Source of the DNA: Gammaproteobacteria bacterium
GTDB lineage: Bacteria > Pseudomonadota > Gammaproteobacteria > JAUZRS01
DNA: 64,000 nucleotides
Assembly (NCBI GenBank): GCA_030949385.1
Contig: JAUZSP010000003.1
Coordinates: 453,670-517,669, forward strand
Reading direction: 5' to 3'
Made by a program: the position numbers and the translations under genes
Notes under the pieces: generated by a model
What the model was told of the DNA's origin: nothing
The model's database searches: none
Seen by the model: only the letters and a program-made list of their open reading frames with translations
Shown here: positions 61,234 to 64,000 of the stretch, in pieces
Layout of the letters: each line of letters starts with the position of its first letter
How positions within the stretch are numbered: the first letter of the stretch is position 1

Positions 61234-62199
61234 ATGCGAGAACATCAAAAAGAGTACATCGACAGAAGCGGTTCCGATACCGCCCGTGGGGTGCGTATCA
61301 TGGCCGAATATTTGAACGCGATGGAAGCGTTTATCCCCCTTAAAGAACAACCTTTAGTAACGGTCTTTGGTTCCGCTCGGTTGGACAATTCCACCGACAG
61401 CGGTCGTCTGGCCACGGCGCTGGCAAAAGAGTGTGTGCGGCGCGGCTTTGGCGTGGTGACCGGCGGCAGCTCTGGGATTATGTTGTGTACCAATCAAGGT
61501 GCGTATGCCGAGGCCAAGCGGCGTGGATTAGCGGTAGAAAAATTCTCTGTCGGTTGCTCAATCACCTTGCCCTTTGAAGAGGGACACAACGATTTTATCG
61601 GTACCAATACCGAGTTCCACTATTTCTTTATTCGTAAATTTTTCTTGGTGGCGTATTCCAAAGCCTTTTTTTATCTGGAAGGTGGCGGCGGCACTCGGGA
61701 TGAGCTGTGGGAGGTGTTTTGTCTGATTCAAACAGGGAAAATGCCGATTCATCCGCTGGTGGCGGTGGGGGATGATGAGGTTTGGAAGACCGTGCGTGCC
61801 GATCTGGATCATATGATTGCCCGTGGTACGGTTTCTGAGCCGGATCGTCAGATTCTTCAGTTTGCCCGTACCGCTGAGGAGGCGGTGGACATTGTGGAGC
61901 GTTTTTATCGTAATTTGAATGAGATTGTCTACGATAAAAAGCGGCATGTGATTGAATTGGATTTGAAACAGCCACTGAAAAAAGCAACCTTTAAAGAGTT
62001 GAAAAGCCGTTCGGCTGGGCTGATTTCAGGCTTGCGTTGGGATAAAAAAAACGATCTCTTATTGATCAAGCAACGACATTTTCGTGATTACACCACGCTT
62101 TATGCGCTGATTGAGATTGTGAATGAGATCAGTGCGATGGAGTTGCAGTCTAAGACGTTGCCGCAGTTTTCATTGAGTGCGTTTGCGACTTTGGGTTAG
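61234..62199 (+). CDS. LOG-family (TIGR00730 Rossmann-fold nucleotide-binding, PpnN/YgdH-like) protein with a C-terminal extension
   Basis: RBS aggagaagagg. VFGSARLD...GFGVVTGGSSGIM...YLEGGGGTRDELWE are LOG family motifs. The C-terminal ~130 aa are unassigned. Confidence 0.65.
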   Translation: MREHQKEYIDRSGSDTARGVRIMAEYLNAMEAFIPLKEQPLVTVFGSARLDNSTDSGRLATALAKECVRRGFGVVTGGSSGIMLCTNQGAYAEAKRRGLAVEKFSVGCSITLPFEEGHNDFIGTNTEFHYFFIRKFFLVAYSKAFFYLEGGGGTRDELWEVFCLIQTGKMPIHPLVAVGDDEVWKTVRADLDHMIARGTVSEPDRQILQFARTAEEAVDIVERFYRNLNEIVYDKKRHVIELDLKQPLKKATFKELKSRSAGLISGLRWDKKNDLLLIKQRHFRDYTTLYALIEIVNEISAMELQSKTLPQFSLSAFATLG

Positions 62200-62232
62200 A
62201 AAAAAGGAGTGAAACAAAAGAGAGCAAAATTG

Positions 62233-62259
62233 TCCCTGATTGTTCGGGGCTTTTTTTTG
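62233..62259 (+). terminator. Rho-independent terminator after the LOG-family gene
   Basis: ccctg-attgtt-cgggg followed by cttttttttg. Confidence 0.6.
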
Positions 62260-62299
62260 CCTGAATTTTGACCGGGAGGGGCCGGCCTTGTGCCTGCCC

Positions 62300-62725
62300 T
62301 GATCGTTTATCGTGGTGATGTGTGAAAAGGGCGCATATGGAATGCGCCTCTACGAAAGGGTGGTTTATGAGTTCCCACGCAGGAGCATGGGAACTAGAAA
62401 TTGAATTCACGATGGTGGTTGGTCTTGGGCTTCCCACTTTGAAAAAGGGGGATTGAGGGGGATTTGCTTTTGTTTGTTTTTTGGCGCATTGCCCTTTGGT
62501 TAATGCGCCCTACGGGGCTCTTTTTGTGGGTAAAAAACAGGGCGCATATGGAATGCGCCCCTACGAAAGGGGGGGTATCGCCTTGTTTTGTAGGGGTTGA
62601 ATCCATTTCAACCCTGTTGCTGAAAGAAAATCTCCCCTTACCCCTCTTCATTTGCATGAGTTCCCACGCAGGAACATGGGAACTAGAAAAATTTGATCGT
62701 TTATCGTGATGACGTGTGGAAAAAA
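62300..62725. repeat. Cluster of repeated, hairpin-forming intergenic elements: three sequence families, R1 in two copies plus a degenerate third, R2 in two copies plus a variant, R3 in two copies
   Basis: R1 gatcgtttatcgtgRtgaYgtgtgRaaaa at 62301 and 62694, with a degenerate copy at 62402. R2 gggcgcatatggaatgcgccYctacgaaaggg at 62329 and 62540, with a variant ggcgcattgccctttggttaatgcgccctacgggg at 62483. R3 tgagttcccacgcaggaRcatgggaactagaaa at 62367 and 62647. Each contains a 7-8 bp perfect stem. Confidence 0.7.
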
Positions 62726-62881
62726 AGGGGTGTTTTTCACAAGCTTGTGTTTTCTCTATTTTCTCTCTCTTCTTGTAATATTCGCCCTCATGGCTTGTGA
62801 GTGGTTGGCAGAAAGGCGTGTCGCTCCGTTGCGCTCGGTCATTGTCTGTTTAAATGGCGTTCTTTGTTTAAGGGGTAAATC

Positions 62882-62998
62882 ATGCTTGACCTGTTAGAGG
62901 ATATATTGGAAGGGTTGTCTGATCTGGAGGAGGTAGTCGAGGAGGTGGATGACGTTTTGGATCTGCTGTCGGATGTGTGGGATTTTTTTTCTGACTAA
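62882..62998 (+). CDS. Possible tiny ORF encoding a 38-aa extremely acidic peptide (MLDLLEDILEGLSDLEEVVEEVDDVLDLLSDVWDFFSD)
   Basis: RBS-like aagggg 6 nt upstream of the ATG. 16 of 38 residues are D/E and none is basic. Below the track's 60-aa cutoff. Speculative. Confidence 0.3.
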   Translation: MLDLLEDILEGLSDLEEVVEEVDDVLDLLSDVWDFFSD

Positions 62999-63117
62999 GG
63001 AGAAGGGTTGTGTGGTGGAAAGTGGTTTCAATATTGATTGTGGTGATCTGCAAAAGTCGCCGTTAATTCGGCCTTGAGCGGGGTGGTTTTTTTCTTTTTT
63101 TATGGGTAGGTGTTGCG

Positions 63118-63375
63118 ATGCGTAAGTTAAAAAAATGTCTGGTTGGGTTGTTGAAGGCCAAGGGGTTTAGCCCAACGTGTGTGGTGCTGGAGCCAGGTAA
63201 AAAACACCCCAAGGTGCGTAACACGGAGTCGGGCGATTGGATACCGATGCCAAAGACTCCTTCTGATTACCGTTCAATGGATAATTTTAAGGCGAGTTTA
63301 TTCCGTTTGGTGAACAGCGGTCAGGGGGTTATTTTTGCGCGTAAGGGCTGTCTGCCTTTTAGGGGCTGGGCGTAG
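63118..63375 (+). CDS. Small basic 85-aa protein, possibly HicA/YcfA-like (weak)
   Basis: The fragment LLKAKGF......GKKHPKVRN...W.PMP loosely parallels the HicA pattern GF....GSHh...hp.g....P.H. pI is high. Low confidence. Confidence 0.35.
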   Translation: MRKLKKCLVGLLKAKGFSPTCVVLEPGKKHPKVRNTESGDWIPMPKTPSDYRSMDNFKASLFRLVNSGQGVIFARKGCLPFRGWA

Positions 63376-63503
63376 GTGACGATGATTTTTTGTGATGGTT
63401 AAGGTGTGTTTGTCGGTGTGTTTCGATCTCATCCCTTGCGGGGTGGTATTTTAAGTGTTAACTTTTTTGCGATTTTTTACTAAAAAAGAGGGTGTTATTT
63501 TGA

Positions 63504-64000
63504 ATGCGAGCGTAAACGATACCGTATTGATTACTTTGTTGGGGCGCAGTAAAGAGAAAGCGCAAAGCTATCGGTCAGCACAATATAAATTTGATGATGA
63601 GAGCTTGAGTGAGGATGTGACCTTTTTTGGTTGGGCGTTGCAGCGCAAAATTCAGCCTGAGCGTTTGGTGCTGTTGGGTACGGAAGGCAGCATGTGGGAC
63701 AGCCTGTTTGAGCTGGATCTGGATTTTGGCAGCGAGTTGGAAGAGGAGCGTTTGGCGCTGCAAGAGGCGTGCGAGCAGAAAAAGGTGACGCAGCAGCAGT
63801 TGGATGCGTTGCAGCAGCCTTTGGCGCAGAAGTTGGGGGTGCGGGAGTTGCGCTTGCAGTTGATTCCGTATTGCCGCACGGAAAAACAGCAGGTGCGGTT
63901 GTTACAAATCATTGATAAACAGGTGCAAAAGGGCGATGAATTGCATCTGGATGTGACCCACGGTTTCCGGCATCTGCCGATGTTGGGTTTGTTGGCGGGG
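63504..64000 (+). CDS. CARF-domain-like protein, N-terminal 165 aa (gene continues beyond the window)
   Basis: ATG at 63504 is preceded by an in-frame tga and the RBS agaggg. N-terminal VLITLLGRS (CARF beta1-like) and DVTHGFRHLP near residue 155 resemble the D.THG motif of Csx1/Csm6-type CARF domains. No stop before 64000. Confidence 0.45.

Noticed and set aside
62586-62612. tRNA-like T-arm (ggggttgaatccatttcaaccc)
   Set aside because: The loop is atccatt rather than TTCRAAT, and no acceptor or anticodon arms can be built around it. No tRNA genes were found in any intergenic region of the window.
62300-62725. CRISPR array
   Set aside because: The repeats fall into three different sequence families with irregular order and spacing, not a single repeat alternating with unique spacers. 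No cas genes are adjacent.
62706-62897. 63-aa hydrophobic ORF overlapping the R1 repeat and the acidic-peptide start
   Set aside because: It starts inside a repeat element and is Cys/Leu/Phe-rich with no RBS. It is more likely non-coding.

Overview
This is a 64-kb chromosomal segment of about 50% GC, most likely from a gammaproteobacterium. The assignment rests on GlyGly-CTERM sorting signals and the conserved mrdA-rodA-(mltB)-rlpA-dacA-ybeD-lipB-lipA synteny. Housekeeping blocks include a CPA2 antiporter, pepN, hrpA, a PAS-GGDEF sensor, pgm, gamma-CA, phnN, htpX, znuACB, rhodanese, ppa, the cell-wall and lipoate cluster, nirBD-nasA, an MCP, uppP and a LOG-family gene. A roughly 12-kb accessory island (14.5-26.5 kb) holds three tandem paralogous giant surface proteins. 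Each has a signal peptide, a 7-bladed FG-GAP beta-propeller, DUF11, PKD-like and HYR/Ig-like repeats, a cadherin-like domain and a C-terminal GlyGly-CTERM (rhombosortase-type) sorting signal. A fourth GlyGly-CTERM VCBS-repeat adhesin fragment sits at the left edge. Adhesin paralogs 2 and 3 share a 418-bp near-identical 3' block and homologous upstream elements, which points to gene conversion. Three conserved genes (adhesin 1, htpX, a class IV aminotransferase) are clearly broken by single-base indels, two of them in homopolymer runs. Two more possible cases (a LysM protein and the Fe-S/NrfD fusion C-terminus) are flagged with lower confidence. Sequencing error, pseudogenization and phase variation cannot be separated from sequence alone. 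The main candidates for something new are: (i) the assimilatory nitrate reductase gene nasA is directly followed by a fused 4x[4Fe-4S]-ferredoxin/NrfD-DmsC-like membrane-anchor gene, suggesting a membrane-anchored cytoplasm-facing nitrate-reductase module; (ii) a TPR + beta-barrel (Slam/DUF560-like?) outer-membrane protein is paired with a secreted protein carrying FimV-type LysM and FecR domains; (iii) a 430-bp intergenic cluster of repeated hairpin elements is followed by two tiny ORFs (one very acidic, one basic) and a CARF-like gene that runs off the right edge; (iv) the PAS-GGDEF protein has a degenerate active site (SSDEF) but an intact I-site; (v) periplasmic sulfur-trafficking-type proteins (DsrE-like, membrane thioredoxin, rhodanese, a truncated DsrE-like remnant) are scattered through the window. 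No tRNA, rRNA, CRISPR array, transposase or integrase was recognised.
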